Assembly (NCBI GenBank): GCA_963815115.1
Contig: CAWFFN010000008.1
Coordinates: 448,001-512,000 of the forward strand
Length of the DNA: 64,000 bases
Source of the DNA: an uncultured delta proteobacterium
GTDB lineage: Bacteria; Desulfobacterota; Binatia; DP-6
Direction: 5' to 3'
Below are positions 9,619-19,823 of this stretch, one piece after another (within the stretch, counting starts at the first letter, position 1; each line of letters opens with the position of its first letter). The notes beneath the pieces are model-generated. The model did not search any database, was not told where the DNA came from, and saw nothing but the letters and a program-made list of their open reading frames with translations. The translations under genes and the position numbers were made by a program.

Positions 9619-12324
9619 ATGTTGAAAGTGCCGTCCCGCGTCGCTGCCGCGGGAACCGTCCTCGTCGCCATGCTCGTCCTCTCGGCCGCCACCGCCCGGG
9701 CCGACAAGTGTACCGGCCTTCGCCTGAAGGCCATCGGGAAGAAGGAGTCCGGACTGCTCACCTGCCAGTCGAAGGTGGCCCAGAAGGGTGACCCGGCGCT
9801 CCAGGCAACCTGCGACACCAAGGTGCTCGCGAAGTTCGCGAAATCCTTCGCCAAGACCGGCACCTGCTCGGGCGTGCAGGCGGATTGCGAAGCGATCGCG
9901 GACGACTGTAGTGCCAAGGTCCGCGCGGCGCTGCCCGACGGGACCGCGACCGCGAGCAAGTGCGAGGCGACCCGCCTCAAGGCCGCGGGCAAGAAGGCGC
10001 AGAAGAGGCTCCTCTGCTACTCGAAGGCCGCCAAGAAGGACGCCTCGGTGGACAGCGCCGCGGGCGGCTGCCTGGACAAGGCGGCGGCCAAGTTCGTCAA
10101 GTCGTTCGACAAGGTCACCGGCTGCACCGGTGACGGTCAGACCGCCGCCATCGAGACGCTCGTCGATTCCGAGTGCGTCGCACAGCAGATCGTGACCGAC
10201 GGATCGGGCACCGTGACCGCCCTCTGCCCGACGACGACCACGACCACAACGACCACCAGCACGACGACGACATCGACGACCACCACGACCACCGTGGCGA
10301 CCACGACCACGACGGTTCCCGTGTGCGGAAACCTGAGCGTAGAGAAGGACGAGGAATGCGATCCGCCCGGCTCCTCGTGCGGCGGCACCTCGACCTGCCA
10401 GGCCGACTGCACCTGTCCGTGCACCGTCGACGCCTGTCCCTGCGACTTCCTCGATCCGAGCCTGTGCCTCTACCCGTTCCCGAACGACTGGTTCACCGTC
10501 GCGGATCCCACGACGGACACCGGGCGGCGGGTGAGCTTCCCGACCGTCGCCATGCCGAAAAACTCGCCGGCGCACGTCGCGATCGATCCGGTCCCCTACA
10601 GCGGCAACGACGGCTTCAGCCCGGGCTCGACGATTCTCACTCACGTCCCCGGGGTCGACCTCGCGCAGACCGGCGCCGCGCCGATCACCGACCTCGCGCG
10701 CTCGCTCGATGCTGATGCGCCCATCGTGATCGTCAACACCTCGACGCTCGCGCACAACCTGCTGTTCGCCGAGCTCGACCAGAACGGCGGCAGCGACGCC
10801 GACCGTGCGCTCATCATCCACCCCGCGGTCAACCTGGCCGAGGGCACGCGCTACATCGTCGCGCTCCGCAACATGAAGGACTCCGGCGGTGCGCTCCTCA
10901 CACCGAACGCGGACTTCCTCGCGTATCGCGACGCGACGCCCACCGGCGACCCGGCGAAGGAAGCGCGCCGGCCACACATGGAGGATCTGTTCACGACGCT
11001 CGCGGCAGCCGGCATCCCGCGGGCCGATCTCTATCTCGCCTGGGACTTCACCGTCGCCAGCGAGCGCAACCTGTCGGAGCGCCTCCTCTTCATGCGTGAC
11101 GACGCGTTCGACCAGCTCGACTCCGCGGCACCGGCGTTCGTCGTCAGCAGCACGCAGGACAACGTCGACCCGAAGATCTTCCGGAAGGTCACCGGCACCT
11201 ACCAGGTCCCCCGCTACGTCGACAGCCCGACCCCTCCGGCAAGGCTCGTCCTCGACGCCAACGGGCTGCCGGTTCGCCAGGCGACGACGCAGCCCGCGTC
11301 GTTCATCTGCATCATCCCGCGCGCGGCGCTGCCGAGCGCCGGCGGTCCGGCCGTGCCGGCTCGCGCCTCCATCTACGGCCACGGCCTCCTCGGCTCGAAC
11401 TCCGAGGTCACGGCGGGCAACGTCGAGAGCATGGCGAACGAGCACAACTTCGTCTTCTGCGCGACCAAGTGGATCGGCATGGCGGACGAGGACGTTCCCA
11501 CCGCCATCGGCATCCTCCAGGAGCTCGGCAAGTTCCCGAGTCTCACCGACCGGCTCCAGCAGTCGATGGTCAACCAGCTCTTCCTCGCCCGCCTGATGAT
11601 CCATCCCGAAGGCTTCGCGGCCGATCCGGCCTTCCAGGACGGGTCGGGCCACTCGGTGATCGACCCGAGCGACGTCTTCTACGACGGCAACAGCCAGGGT
11701 GGCATCTTCGGCGGAACGGTCATGGCGATCGCGCAGGACATCACGCGCGGCGTGCTGGGCGTGCCCGGCATGAACTACTCCCTGCTGCTCACGCGCAGCA
11801 CGGACTTCGGCCTCTACTCGTTGGTTCTCTATCCTGCGTACCCCGTGCAGATCGAGCACCCGCTCCTCCTGGCGCTCATCCAGATGCTGTGGGACCGCTC
11901 GGATCCGAACGGCCTGGCGCACCACATGACGACCGATCCGCTGCCGAACACGCCGCAGCACACCGTCCTGCTGCACGAGGCCTTCGGCGATCACCAGGTG
12001 GCGAACGTCGCCACCGAGATCGAGGCGCGGACCATCGGCGCGTCGATCCACCAGCCGGCGATCGCGCCGGGGCGCAGCTACGAGGTCACGCCGTACTTCG
12101 GCATCCCGGCGATTCCGAGCTATCCCTTCAACGGCTCGGCGCTGGTCGTGTGGGACAGCGGCGCGGCCACCCCGCCGACCACGAACACCGCGCCGATGAC
12201 CGGCGCCGATCCCCATTCCGACCCGCGCAGCTCGGTGGCGGCGCGCAACCAGAAGTCCGCGTTCCTGAGCACCGGTGGCGACGTGATCGACGTCTGCTCC
12301 GGTGCGCCGTGCATCGCTCCGTAG
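9619..12324 (+). CDS. Secreted lipase-like alpha/beta hydrolase with N-terminal Cys/Lys-rich repeats and Thr linker
   Basis: Signal peptide; CLYPFPNDWF and NDGFSP N-domain motifs; IYGHGLLG; GNSQGG nucleophile elbow; GDHQVAN; C-terminal DPH. Confidence 0.8.
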   Translation: MLKVPSRVAAAGTVLVAMLVLSAATARADKCTGLRLKAIGKKESGLLTCQSKVAQKGDPALQATCDTKVLAKFAKSFAKTGTCSGVQADCEAIADDCSAKVRAALPDGTATASKCEATRLKAAGKKAQKRLLCYSKAAKKDASVDSAAGGCLDKAAAKFVKSFDKVTGCTGDGQTAAIETLVDSECVAQQIVTDGSGTVTALCPTTTTTTTTTSTTTTSTTTTTTVATTTTTVPVCGNLSVEKDEECDPPGSSCGGTSTCQADCTCPCTVDACPCDFLDPSLCLYPFPNDWFTVADPTTDTGRRVSFPTVAMPKNSPAHVAIDPVPYSGNDGFSPGSTILTHVPGVDLAQTGAAPITDLARSLDADAPIVIVNTSTLAHNLLFAELDQNGGSDADRALIIHPAVNLAEGTRYIVALRNMKDSGGALLTPNADFLAYRDATPTGDPAKEARRPHMEDLFTTLAAAGIPRADLYLAWDFTVASERNLSERLLFMRDDAFDQLDSAAPAFVVSSTQDNVDPKIFRKVTGTYQVPRYVDSPTPPARLVLDANGLPVRQATTQPASFICIIPRAALPSAGGPAVPARASIYGHGLLGSNSEVTAGNVESMANEHNFVFCATKWIGMADEDVPTAIGILQELGKFPSLTDRLQQSMVNQLFLARLMIHPEGFAADPAFQDGSGHSVIDPSDVFYDGNSQGGIFGGTVMAIAQDITRGVLGVPGMNYSLLLTRSTDFGLYSLVLYPAYPVQIEHPLLLALIQMLWDRSDPNGLAHHMTTDPLPNTPQHTVLLHEAFGDHQVANVATEIEARTIGASIHQPAIAPGRSYEVTPYFGIPAIPSYPFNGSALVVWDSGAATPPTTNTAPMTGADPHSDPRSSVAARNQKSAFLSTGGDVIDVCSGAPCIAP
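10231..10314 (+). repeat. ACN codon repeat encoding a poly-Thr linker
   Basis: About 28 codons, nearly all Thr/Ser. Confidence 0.85.
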
Positions 12325-12431
12325 AATCCTCCTGAACGGCGGCGGCACCGGGTGTGCGAGACGCGCCCGGTGCCGTCCCCTGCCGGAGCGGCGGTCGCTC
12401 CAGGTGGGCGCACGGGCTAGAGTCGGCCGGC

Positions 12432-13046
12432 GTGTCGCTCCAGCTCAACCTCTTCGCCGGAGGCCGGCCGGCCGTCGATGCGGACGTCTCGTTCACGCGC
12501 CTGCAGCTCGACGAGCGCTCGTGGGTCGACGTCGCGCGCCACTTCGTGCGCGGGGCCGACGCGCTGCTCGACGAGCTGCGCCAGGGCGTGGAGTGGCGGC
12601 AGCTGCGGCGACGCATGTACGATCGCACGGTGGACGATCCTCGCCTGTCGCACTGGTACGGCGGCGACGAACACCTCCCGCACGAGATGCTGGTGTCGGT
12701 GCGGCGCGCGCTCACGGCGCGCTACGGGGTCGCGTTCGCGGGCGTCGGGCTGAACTACTATCGCGACGGTCGCGACAGCGTCGCCTTCCACCGCGATCGC
12801 GAGCTCCGCCGCCTGGGAGACACCCGGGTCGCCGTCTTGACGCTGGGAGCGCAGCGGCCCTTCCTGCTGCGACCGCGCGGGGGCGGCCGTTCCGTCGATC
12901 TGGCGCCTGCGTCGGGCGACCTGCTCGTCATGGGTGGGGCGTGCCAGGTCGGCTTCGAGCATGGCATCCCGAAAGTGGTCCATGCGGGTCCCCGCATCTC
13001 CGCGTCGTACCGCTGGGCATCGCCCGACGATACCGCGACCGACTGA
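12432..13046 (+). CDS. AlkB-like 2OG-Fe(II) dioxygenase
   Basis: NYYRDGRDSVAFHRD (HxD), GDLLVMGG, FEHGIPK, RISASYR. Start uncertain (GTG 12432 preferred). Confidence 0.9.
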   Translation: MSLQLNLFAGGRPAVDADVSFTRLQLDERSWVDVARHFVRGADALLDELRQGVEWRQLRRRMYDRTVDDPRLSHWYGGDEHLPHEMLVSVRRALTARYGVAFAGVGLNYYRDGRDSVAFHRDRELRRLGDTRVAVLTLGAQRPFLLRPRGGGRSVDLAPASGDLLVMGGACQVGFEHGIPKVVHAGPRISASYRWASPDDTATD

Positions 13047-13099
13047 CGCGACGCTGCGGCTTGCCGTCGGGCGGGGCCAGCCGCTACTCTGGCGGCCGC

Positions 13100-13939
13100 A
13101 TGGCGGGGCCCCGCGAACGCTTCGCGTCGCTGATCGCATCGCAGCCGACCGATCTCGGGCGTGCGGCGCTGGAGATCGCCCGCATCGGGCAGCCGGATCT
13201 CGATCCGGAGCCCTCGCTTCGCCAGCTCGACGACCTGGCCGCCGCCCTCGCGCCGCGCTTGCCTGCCGATCCGGCGCCCGACGACGCCGCGCGCCTGCTC
13301 GCTCACTATCTCTTCGACGAGTGCGGCTACCGCGGCAACCGCGACGATTACTACGACCCGCGCAACAGCTTCCTGAACGAGGTGCTCGTGCGGCGCGCCG
13401 GCATCCCCATCTCGCTCTCGGTGCTCGCCATCGAGGTCGGCCGGCGGCTCGGCATCCCGCTGCAGGGCGTCGGCTTTCCGGGGCACTTCCTGATCCGCGT
13501 CGACGGACCGCGAGGGGTCCTGCTCCTCGACCCGTTCCACGGCGGCACGCCGGTGAGCCACGACGAGCTGCTCGGACGCCTGCGCAACCTCTCGGACACG
13601 AGCCGGGGCCCGCAGTTCGCAGAGGTTCCTCCTCGCTTCCTCGAGCCCACCGGCGCCACCGGCATCCTGGGGCGCATGCTCCGCAACCTGCTCCGCGTCT
13701 ACCTCGAGCGCCGCGAGCCCGAGCGCGCGCTGGCGGCCGTCGACCTGCTGCTCGTGCTCACGCCACGCTCGGCCGAGGACCTGCGCACCCGGGCGCACCT
13801 CTACGAGACCCTGGAATGCTTCGCCGCCGCGGCGGCGGACCTGCGCAGCTATCTCGACCTGGCACCGCGTGCCGACGACGCCGCCGAGATCCGGGCGAAG
13901 CTCGGTCAGCTCGACTGCGACGCGCCGACCCTGCACTGA
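13100..13939 (+). CDS. SirB1-like transglutaminase-core + TPR protein
   Basis: YRGNRDDYYDPRNSFLNEVL.RRAGIPISL; GVGFPGHFL; RMLRNL. Confidence 0.9.
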   Translation: MAGPRERFASLIASQPTDLGRAALEIARIGQPDLDPEPSLRQLDDLAAALAPRLPADPAPDDAARLLAHYLFDECGYRGNRDDYYDPRNSFLNEVLVRRAGIPISLSVLAIEVGRRLGIPLQGVGFPGHFLIRVDGPRGVLLLDPFHGGTPVSHDELLGRLRNLSDTSRGPQFAEVPPRFLEPTGATGILGRMLRNLLRVYLERREPERALAAVDLLLVLTPRSAEDLRTRAHLYETLECFAAAAADLRSYLDLAPRADDAAEIRAKLGQLDCDAPTLH

Positions 13940-13958
13940 CCGCCCGGCGGCCTCCGGC

Positions 13959-14486
13959 TCAGGGCTGGATGGCGAGCTGCCGGTGCCCTCGCCAGAGCAC
14001 GAGGCCCATGCCGGCGGCGGCCAGCAGGTTGCCGACGGCCACCGCCGGCCATGCGAGCCGCTGCAGCACCCCCTCGGCGAAGACCATGCTCGCCAGGAGA
14101 AACCCGAACTCGAAGACGGCGAAGAAGAGCACGATGCCGAACCCGAAGCTCGGATTGCGCTCGGCGAGCGCCATCAGCCGGGCCGCGCCGATGCCGATGA
14201 GCATGAAGACGAGGTAGTGCACCCAGGTGAACCCCGCGACGAGCTCCAGCGTCGGCGTGACGGCGCTCTCGCTCTCGATGCCGGCGCTGCCGTGGAAGAG
14301 CACGCTGCCGAGCAGAGCGGGGGTGTAGAAGGGTCGGCCGGCGATCGTGTCGACGACCAGGAACCAGACGGCGATGATCGAGGCGCCGAGGAGACCGGCG
14401 CGGATGCCCTCGAGGTAGACCGCCAGCGACACCTGGGCGCCCTGCTCCACCCCTACCGGCTGCGACGCACCGGATTGCACGGGCAT
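13959..14486 (-). CDS. Hypothetical 4-TM membrane protein
   Basis: Hydrophobic helices, GRPFYTPALLG motif, AGGAG SD. Confidence 0.75.
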   Translation of the reverse strand: MPVQSGASQPVGVEQGAQVSLAVYLEGIRAGLLGASIIAVWFLVVDTIAGRPFYTPALLGSVLFHGSAGIESESAVTPTLELVAGFTWVHYLVFMLIGIGAARLMALAERNPSFGFGIVLFFAVFEFGFLLASMVFAEGVLQRLAWPAVAVGNLLAAAGMGLVLWRGHRQLAIQP

Positions 14487-14580
14487 GGTCGACTCCTTCC
14501 TGGTGCCTGTGGCACCGGCTGCCGAAGGCCTGTCTCGCCGGTACGCTTACGCCCCCGCTTCGGGGGACGTCAATCGGCGG

Positions 14581-15729
14581 TCAGTAGCCGTCGAGCCGGG
14601 CGACGCGGTCGCGATGGAAGGCGGCGTCGCCGAACTGGATGTCGGACGCCCGCGCGCGTTTCAAGAAGAAGCCCACGTCGTGCTCGTCGGTCATGCCGAT
14701 GCCGCCGTGCATCTGGACGCCCTCGTTGCCGATCAGCACGTAGGCGTCCGAGCAGCGCGCCTTGGCGACCGATGCGAGCCGTGCCACCCGGGAGTCGTCG
14801 GCGTTCTCGTCGAGCGTGCGGTGCGCCGCGAGCACGATCGAGCGCGCCAGCTCGAGCTCGACGAACTGGCGCGCCGCGCGATGCTTGAGCGCCTGGAAGC
14901 TGCCGATCGGCACCCCGAACTGGGTGCGCGTCTTCAGGTAGTCGAGCGTCATCTCGAAGCACGCCGACATGCCGCCGAGCATCTCGGCGCACACCCCGAT
15001 GGTGGCGCGGTCGACGACGCGGGAGAGCAGCGCGGCACCCTGCTCCGCGCTCCCGAGGACCGCGGCCGCCTCCACCGCGACGCCTTCGAGCTGGACGATC
15101 GCCGCCCCGCGGCCGTCGAGGCGGTGCTGCCGCTCGACGTGCAGGCCCCGCGCGTCGCGGGGGACGAGGAAGAGCGTGACGCCGGCCTCGTCGTGCGCGG
15201 CGCCCGCGGTGCGCGCCGAGACCACGAACCAGTCGGCGGCCTGGCCGTCGAGGACATGCACCTTCCGGCCGCTGAGCTTCCAGCCCCCGGCCGCGCGCTC
15301 GGCCCGCGTCTCGACGTGATGCAGCGCGTAGCGGCTCGCCGGCTCCTGGTAGGCGACCGCCAGGACGCGCTCGCCGGCCACCACGGCAGGGAGATGCGCC
15401 TGCTCGTGCGCCTCGCTCCCGCCGAGCAGCAGCGCGGTCGTGCCGAGCAGCACCGTACCGACGACCGGCTCGGGGACCAGCCCGCGGCCGAGCTCCTCGA
15501 GCACGACCATCAGGTCGGCCCAACCCAGGCCGGCACCGCCGTACGCCTCCGGCACCACGATACCGAGCCACCCCAGGCGGCCCATCTCCGCCCACAGCTC
15601 GCGCGAGAAGCCATCTCCGCCGGCCTCGTCGCGCAGCGCCCGGACCCGTCTGAGCGACGACTTCCCCTGCACGAACTCGCGCGCCGTGCGCTGGAGGATC
15701 TCCTGCTCTTCGGTGAGGGCGAGTGCCAT
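14581..15729 (-). CDS. Acyl-CoA dehydrogenase, second subunit of a pair (PimD/ChsE-like)
   Basis: MALALTEEQ; RTQFGVPIGSFQALKH; QMHGGIGMTDE. Confidence 0.92.
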   Translation of the reverse strand: MALALTEEQEILQRTAREFVQGKSSLRRVRALRDEAGGDGFSRELWAEMGRLGWLGIVVPEAYGGAGLGWADLMVVLEELGRGLVPEPVVGTVLLGTTALLLGGSEAHEQAHLPAVVAGERVLAVAYQEPASRYALHHVETRAERAAGGWKLSGRKVHVLDGQAADWFVVSARTAGAAHDEAGVTLFLVPRDARGLHVERQHRLDGRGAAIVQLEGVAVEAAAVLGSAEQGAALLSRVVDRATIGVCAEMLGGMSACFEMTLDYLKTRTQFGVPIGSFQALKHRAARQFVELELARSIVLAAHRTLDENADDSRVARLASVAKARCSDAYVLIGNEGVQMHGGIGMTDEHDVGFFLKRARASDIQFGDAAFHRDRVARLDGY

Positions 15730-15731
15730 CG

Positions 15732-16913
15732 TCAGTCCGGAAGGCCGAGGACGTTCTTGGCGATGATGTTGAGCTGGATCTCCGACGTCCCGCCCTCGAT
15801 CGTGTTGCCGCGCGAGCGCAGCCAGTCGCGGGTGAGCTGGAGCTCTTCCTCGCTGAATCCGGCGCCTTCCCAGCCCAGCGCCTGCGGCCCGGCGATGGCG
15901 ACCATCAGCTCGCGCCGGCGCTGGTTCAGCTCGGTGCCGTAGAGCTTGAATATCGAGGCTTCGGGGCCCGGCGGCTGTCCGGCCTTCAGGCGATCGCGCG
16001 AACGCGACAGGGTGACGTCCAGGCACTGCTGATCCATCTCCACCTGGGTCAGGCGGTCGCGCAGGATGGGATCGAGCAGGCGCCCGCCCTCCGTCGGAAG
16101 GTAGCGCCGCGCCATCGTGAGCAGGCGGGAGCGGTCGTCACGAGCCTTGAACGCGTCCGCGATCATGTTGCGCTCGAAGCGCAGCAGCATCTTGGCGATG
16201 TTCCACCCGCCGTTCTCCTGACCGACGACGTTCCGACGTGGCACCCGCACGTCGCTGATGAACGTCTCGCAGAAGGGCGAGGCGCCGCTGATCAGCAGGA
16301 TGGGCCGCACCTGCACGCCCGGTGTCTCCATGTCCATCAGGAGAAACGTGATGCCGCCGTGCTTGTGCGTCGTGTCGGTGCGCACCAGCAGGAACATCCA
16401 GTCGGCCTTGTCCCCGTAGGATGTCCAGACCTTCTGCCCATTCAGGACGTAGTCGTCACCGTCGTGCACGGCGCGCGTCTGCAGTCCGGCCAGGTCGGAG
16501 CCCGCACCGGGCTCGGAGTATCCCTGGCACCAGCGGACTTCGCCGCGCACGATGCGCGGGACGTGCTCTCGCTTCTGCTCCTCGCCACCCACCTGCAGCA
16601 GGAGCGGTCCGATCATCTCGAGCCCGAAGCCGATGAGCGGCGGGCGAAGCCTCTGCTTCGCCATCTCCTCGGCGAGCACCTTGGCCTCCTCCTTCGAGAG
16701 CCCTCCCCCGCCGTACTCCCGCGGCCACGTCGGGGCCGTCCAGCCACGCTCCGCCATGATCGCGAGCCACTGCCGCACGTCGTCGGGATACGTGCCCTTG
16801 CGACCGCCCCAGCAGACGTCGTCGGCGGAGCGCGGCGGCGTGCGCATGGACGGCGGCGCGTGCTCGGTCAGCCAGCGGCGGGTGTCTTCGCGGAACGCCT
16901 CGAGTTCGGACAT
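15732..16913 (-). CDS. Acyl-CoA dehydrogenase (PimC/ChsE-like)
   Basis: WCQGYSEPGAGSDLAGLQT; NGQKVWTS; TIEGGTSEIQLNII. Confidence 0.93.
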   Translation of the reverse strand: MSELEAFREDTRRWLTEHAPPSMRTPPRSADDVCWGGRKGTYPDDVRQWLAIMAERGWTAPTWPREYGGGGLSKEEAKVLAEEMAKQRLRPPLIGFGLEMIGPLLLQVGGEEQKREHVPRIVRGEVRWCQGYSEPGAGSDLAGLQTRAVHDGDDYVLNGQKVWTSYGDKADWMFLLVRTDTTHKHGGITFLLMDMETPGVQVRPILLISGASPFCETFISDVRVPRRNVVGQENGGWNIAKMLLRFERNMIADAFKARDDRSRLLTMARRYLPTEGGRLLDPILRDRLTQVEMDQQCLDVTLSRSRDRLKAGQPPGPEASIFKLYGTELNQRRRELMVAIAGPQALGWEGAGFSEEELQLTRDWLRSRGNTIEGGTSEIQLNIIAKNVLGLPD

Positions 16914-16973
16914 GAGGTGACGCTAGTACGACCGGATGCGCCGCTGCAACATCACCGGGCAGGGACACCGCCC

Positions 16974-17393
16974 TCACAGCGGCATCAGCTGGAGCCCGAG
17001 AAAGACCTGCACGCCCGACAGCAGCAGGGCAACGGCGCCGATCCATGGATGCACGGCCCGGGCGCGCGGGTCGTCGTCGATCCAGCGCGAGACGAGGGCG
17101 GCCGTCCCGTAGAGGATCACCAGCCCCGTCCCGACCCGGAAGTGCATGCTCGCCGCGAGCTCGGGCTCGCGCGGATCGAGCCACACCGTCACCAGCCCGG
17201 CGACCCAGTTGGCCGCCACCAGGCCGAGCACCCAGGGCCCCAGGCGACGGTGGCGGGCGCGCAGCGCCGCAGCGGCCGCTCCTGGCGCGCGTCCACGCAC
17301 CGCGCAGCTGGCCGAGTGCACCGCGAGCGCGACGATGGCGAGGCCGAGCACCGGATGGACCCAGAGCGCCGCGTGGCGGACCGGATCGTTCAC
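16974..17393 (-). CDS. DUF4079-like membrane protein with His-bearing helices
   Basis: GTG 17393 overlaps the upstream TGA; four TM helices with HP, HRRLG, HF, HP His residues. Confidence 0.7.
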   Translation of the reverse strand: MNDPVRHAALWVHPVLGLAIVALAVHSASCAVRGRAPGAAAAALRARHRRLGPWVLGLVAANWVAGLVTVWLDPREPELAASMHFRVGTGLVILYGTAALVSRWIDDDPRARAVHPWIGAVALLLSGVQVFLGLQLMPL

Positions 17394-18224
17394 GCGACGC
17401 AGAAGCGCGCCCCGAGGTCGCGCACCGCCCCCTCGAGCGCCTCCGGGCGGGCGCGCGGAAAGATGATCAGGCGATGCACGCCCGCCGCCTCCGCCTCTGC
17501 GACCAGCTCGTCCGTCAACGGCTCGAACGTGGTGAGCGAGATCTCGAGCGGCTCCCCGCCACGTCCCGCCTGGGCCCGCAGCTGCCGCAGCTCGGCGACG
17601 ACCGCCGCGGTGCGCTCGACGGTGAGCGCGAAGCCGTACCAGCCGTCGCCATGGCGCGCGGCGCGGCGCAGCGCGGGGGGCGCCACGCCGCCGATGACGA
17701 TGGGCGGATGCGGCCGCTGAACCGGCTTGGGCTCGAAGCGGATGTCGGCGAAGCTCGCGAAGCGGCCGGTGAAGCGCGGCTCGCGCTCGGTCCACAGGGC
17801 GCGGATGGCCGCGAGGTGCTGATCGGTGATCGAGACCGCGCTGGCTGAAGTCGATCCCGAGCGCCCGGAACTCGGGCTCGACGTAGCCGCCCGCGAAGCC
17901 GGCGATCAGCCGCCCGCCCGAGAGCACGTCGAGCGAGGCGAGCGCCTTCGCCAGCAGCACGGGATTGTGGTGCGGCAGGACGAGGATGCCGGTGCCGAGG
18001 CGCAGCCGGCTGGTGAAGCCGGCGATGCGCGCCAGCGTCACCAGGGAATCGAGAAACGGGGTCTCTGGTGGCGTCGGGACGGGATTGTCGCGAATCGGCA
18101 TGGCCACGTGCTCGCCGGTCCACACCGATTCGAAGCCGGCCTCCTCGGCTGCCAGCGCGACGCGGCGCTGCAGAGCCGGGTCGGCGCAGGCATCGAAGTT
18201 GACGCCGAAGAGACCGAAGCGCAT
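17390..18224 (-). pseudogene. LLM-class F420-dependent oxidoreductase with a +1 frameshift (real lesion or sequencing error)
   Basis: GFESVWTGEHV, RLGTGIL..H.P..LAK, D.LSGGRL. Removing one base near 17834 restores RGSITDQHLAAIRALW..PKPVQRPHPPIVIGG..ARHGDGWY. Confidence 0.85.
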
Positions 18225-18256
18225 GCGTGCGACGCTGGCAGGGGGTCGCGGGGCAG

Positions 18257-18622
18257 TCAAGCTCCGGTGCGCGAGCTCTTCACCTGCGCGAGCAGCTTCG
18301 GGAGCTCGGCGGCGAGCTGCCCCTTCGCGAGCACCCGCCGGCAGCCGAGGGCCCGGGCCGTCTCCATGACGTCGAGGCGCTCGTGGCCGACGAACCCGAT
18401 CGACTCCACCCCGGCGGTCGCCGGGTCCCCCGCGAGCCGCTCGAGCGCCGCCAGCGCCTCCGGTTGCCCGAGGTCGAGGATCACGAGCCGGGCGTCGCGA
18501 GCGATCGCGGCGAGCCGATCGGCGTCGCGCGCGCCCTGCACGGCGACGCCCAGGTGCTCGGCTGCCTCCGCGATCTTCGACACGAACAGCAGATCCCGCA
18601 CCAGGTAGGCGACGTCGGCCAC
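18257..18622 (-). CDS. Small receiver-like (CheY-fold) protein
   Basis: VRDLLFVSKI; LVILDL; IGFVGH; ARALGCRRVL. Confidence 0.7.
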   Translation of the reverse strand: MADVAYLVRDLLFVSKIAEAAEHLGVAVQGARDADRLAAIARDARLVILDLGQPEALAALERLAGDPATAGVESIGFVGHERLDVMETARALGCRRVLAKGQLAAELPKLLAQVKSSRTGA

Positions 18623-18772
18623 GGCTCAGGGCGTAGCCTCCACCGGCCGTCCGATCAAGCGATCGCCGATCGCCCGGCGGACGACGTGACCGCCGTCCGG
18701 TCGGATCCCGGCGAGCGACGCGTGATCCACGGTGCGCTGCCAGGCGACCTCGATCCGGCTACACTGGCCGGC

Positions 18773-19264
18773 ATGACACGTCGGCGACGCCATGCGAGCC
18801 TGGTTCCGCTCTCCCACGACCACCGCGACGCGCTCGCCCTCGTCTTCCGCCTGCACCATCCCGCGCCCCCGGGACCGGTGACCTCGATGACGCCGGCGAG
18901 CACGCCAAGGAGCCGCGCCGACGACACGCTCGCCTTCTTCGCCGAGCACCTGGCAGTACACTTCCGCGCCGAGGAGGACGTGCTCTTCCGGTTCCTGCGC
19001 CCGCTTCTCGCCGATCATCCCGAGAGCCTCGCGCTCATCGACGCGCTCGTCAGCGACCATCGCGAGCTGGAGGCGCGGCGCGACGCGGTCGCCGCCGCGG
19101 AGGGCGAGGAGGCCCTGATTCCGATGCTGGCGGCGTTCGCGGACCTGCTCGAGGCGCACGTCCGGCGCGAGGAGCGCGAGCTGTTCGAGCACTTCCCGGA
19201 GGGGGTGCCCGCCGCCGACGCCCACGCGCTCGGCGAGGCCATCCGGCGGTTGCTCGGCCGCTAG
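18773..19264 (+). CDS. Hemerythrin (HHE) domain protein
   Basis: LSHDH, HFRAEE, DH, HVRREE. Confidence 0.85.
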   Translation: MTRRRRHASLVPLSHDHRDALALVFRLHHPAPPGPVTSMTPASTPRSRADDTLAFFAEHLAVHFRAEEDVLFRFLRPLLADHPESLALIDALVSDHRELEARRDAVAAAEGEEALIPMLAAFADLLEAHVRREERELFEHFPEGVPAADAHALGEAIRRLLGR

Positions 19265-19280
19265 CCGCGTTACGGGAACC

Positions 19281-19694
19281 CTACTCCAGGCGTCCCGCGG
19301 CTCCCGTTTCGACCGGTAACCCGCTGTCACGCCAGCCCGTCACGGGTGTCCCGGACGGGGCCTGTGCTCCACCGAACCCGCCGCTCACGTTCGCCAGGTG
19401 GGTGTAGCCTGCGTCGGCGAGGAGCTCGCACGCGCGTTGCGAGCGCATGCCGCTCTGACATCCGACGAGCAGCGTGGTCGCCGGCGGGAAGTGACACCGC
19501 ACGACGGCCAGGAAGTCCGGGTTGGGACGCGGCCGTCGCGTGCCAGGGTCGAACAGGAACACCGGCACGTTGCGTGCGCCGGCGGGGTGACCAGCGTCGA
19601 ACTCCTCCGCCGTGCGGACGTCCAGATAGACTGCGGTAGGGTCTGCCGCGAGCTCGCGCGCCGCGTCGGCCGGGAGGACCTGCCGGATCTCCAT
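19281..19694 (-). CDS. Rhodanese-like sulfurtransferase
   Basis: YLDVRTAEEFDAGHPAGA; GCQSGMRS; NVSGGF. Confidence 0.9.
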   Translation of the reverse strand: MEIRQVLPADAARELAADPTAVYLDVRTAEEFDAGHPAGARNVPVFLFDPGTRRPRPNPDFLAVVRCHFPPATTLLVGCQSGMRSQRACELLADAGYTHLANVSGGFGGAQAPSGTPVTGWRDSGLPVETGAAGRLE

Positions 19695-19823
19695 GCACCG
19701 ACAATCTCCGGGAGCCTCCTGGCTGTCAAACGCATCCGGGCCGACCTCTTGCAAAGATCCACGCATCTAGAGATGACGGCAGCGGATGCCATCCACGGAT
19801 CGGTGGCTTCCGTAAGGGGGGGC

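Noticed and set aside
10231-10314. ACC/ACG tandem repeats as CRISPR or VNTR
   Set aside because: In-frame poly-Thr linkers with mixed codons; no repeat-spacer structure and no cas genes.
18626-18730. Possible 34-aa ORF upstream of the receiver-like gene
   Set aside because: Too short, with no SD or recognisable motif.
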